This document shows positions 63,726 to 64,000 of a DNA stretch of 64,000 nt, in pieces. How positions within the stretch are numbered: position 1 is the first letter of the stretch; the number at the start of each line of letters is the position of its first letter. The stretch covers positions 1 through 64,000 of IMG/VR virus record IMGVR_UViG_3300014059_000008, one strand, 5' to 3'. The DNA comes from a virus. Lineage: Duplodnaviria; Caudoviricetes. The position numbers and the translations under genes were made by a program. Below the pieces are notes generated by a model. It saw only the letters and a program-made list of their open reading frames with translations, searched no databases and was not told the DNA's origin.

Positions 63726-64000
63726 GTCTCGACGATGCGCGGATTCACAACTTGTGGATCACGCTCAAGTCTGCGGATGCGCTGGCGAGCTTCCTTTTCC
63801 GATAGGCCCCGGACTACCTGAGTCAGCATCGGACCGCGATACCTGCCACCTGACCGCGCCGCTGCGCGCTGTTGCATCGTCGCGTTGGCCAGATCTGGGA
63901 TCTGGTACTCAAGCCGCAGTTCGTAGCCGGTGGCTTTGGCCTGTTCCTGCATGGCCCTGGCTTCTGCAATCGCGCGCTCATTGGCTAGGTGCGATGCGCG
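63689..64000 (-). CDS. Hypothetical protein, probably starting beyond the window
   Basis: Frame of 63689..63952 stays open to the window end. Confidence 0.45.
   Translation of the reverse strand, partial: RASHLANERAIAEARAMQEQAKATGYELRLEYQIPDLANATMQQRAAARSGGRYRGPMLTQVVRGLSEKEARQRIRRLERDPQVVNPRIVETWHGKEAARLQP

Noticed and set aside
1-64000. Amber (TAG) recoding suggested by CTA in a tRNA-like loop
   Set aside because: Conserved genes are intact in the standard code and many end at TAG right next to the following gene
1-64000. Transposable Mu-like prophage, DGR, retron or integrase/att site
   Set aside because: No DDE transposase, reverse transcriptase or recombinase motifs recognised; tRNA-like elements are internal and not duplicated

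Overview
The window is 64 kb of a tailed dsDNA phage (or prophage) with a contractile, Mu-like tail; almost all genes are on the minus strand. Positions 1.4-23.6 kb hold the morphogenesis module: baseplate J/gp46/gp45/gp44/gp43-like genes, tape measure, a tail chaperone with a -1 frameshift site, tube, sheath, neck genes, HK97-type major capsid, scaffold and portal. Positions 23.7-64 kb are a dense accessory region of small ORFs. It includes a GH75-like hydrolase, an Ntn-hydrolase, an SF2 helicase, HTH regulators, an NDT-like protein, a FolE-like protein, a dual-specificity phosphatase, an orphan ABC/AAA_21-type ATPase, a DUF4942-type methyltransferase and an ASCH-like protein. The terminase (47-49.6 kb) and a second cassette of fibre/decoration-like genes (57-59.6 kb) are displaced from the main module. 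No integrase, transposase or DNA polymerase is recognisable, and the host cannot be assigned. The most unusual element is a ~650-nt non-coding locus (41.85-42.5 kb) behind a TTGACA-17-TACTTA promoter. It carries three tRNA-shaped RNAs with intact acceptor, D and T arms but three differently aberrant anticodon arms (deleted, replaced by a long GNRA hairpin, non-canonical loop), interspersed with further hairpins. This may be a tRNA-mimic/decoy operon. All family assignments are by-eye motif recognition, not database searches.
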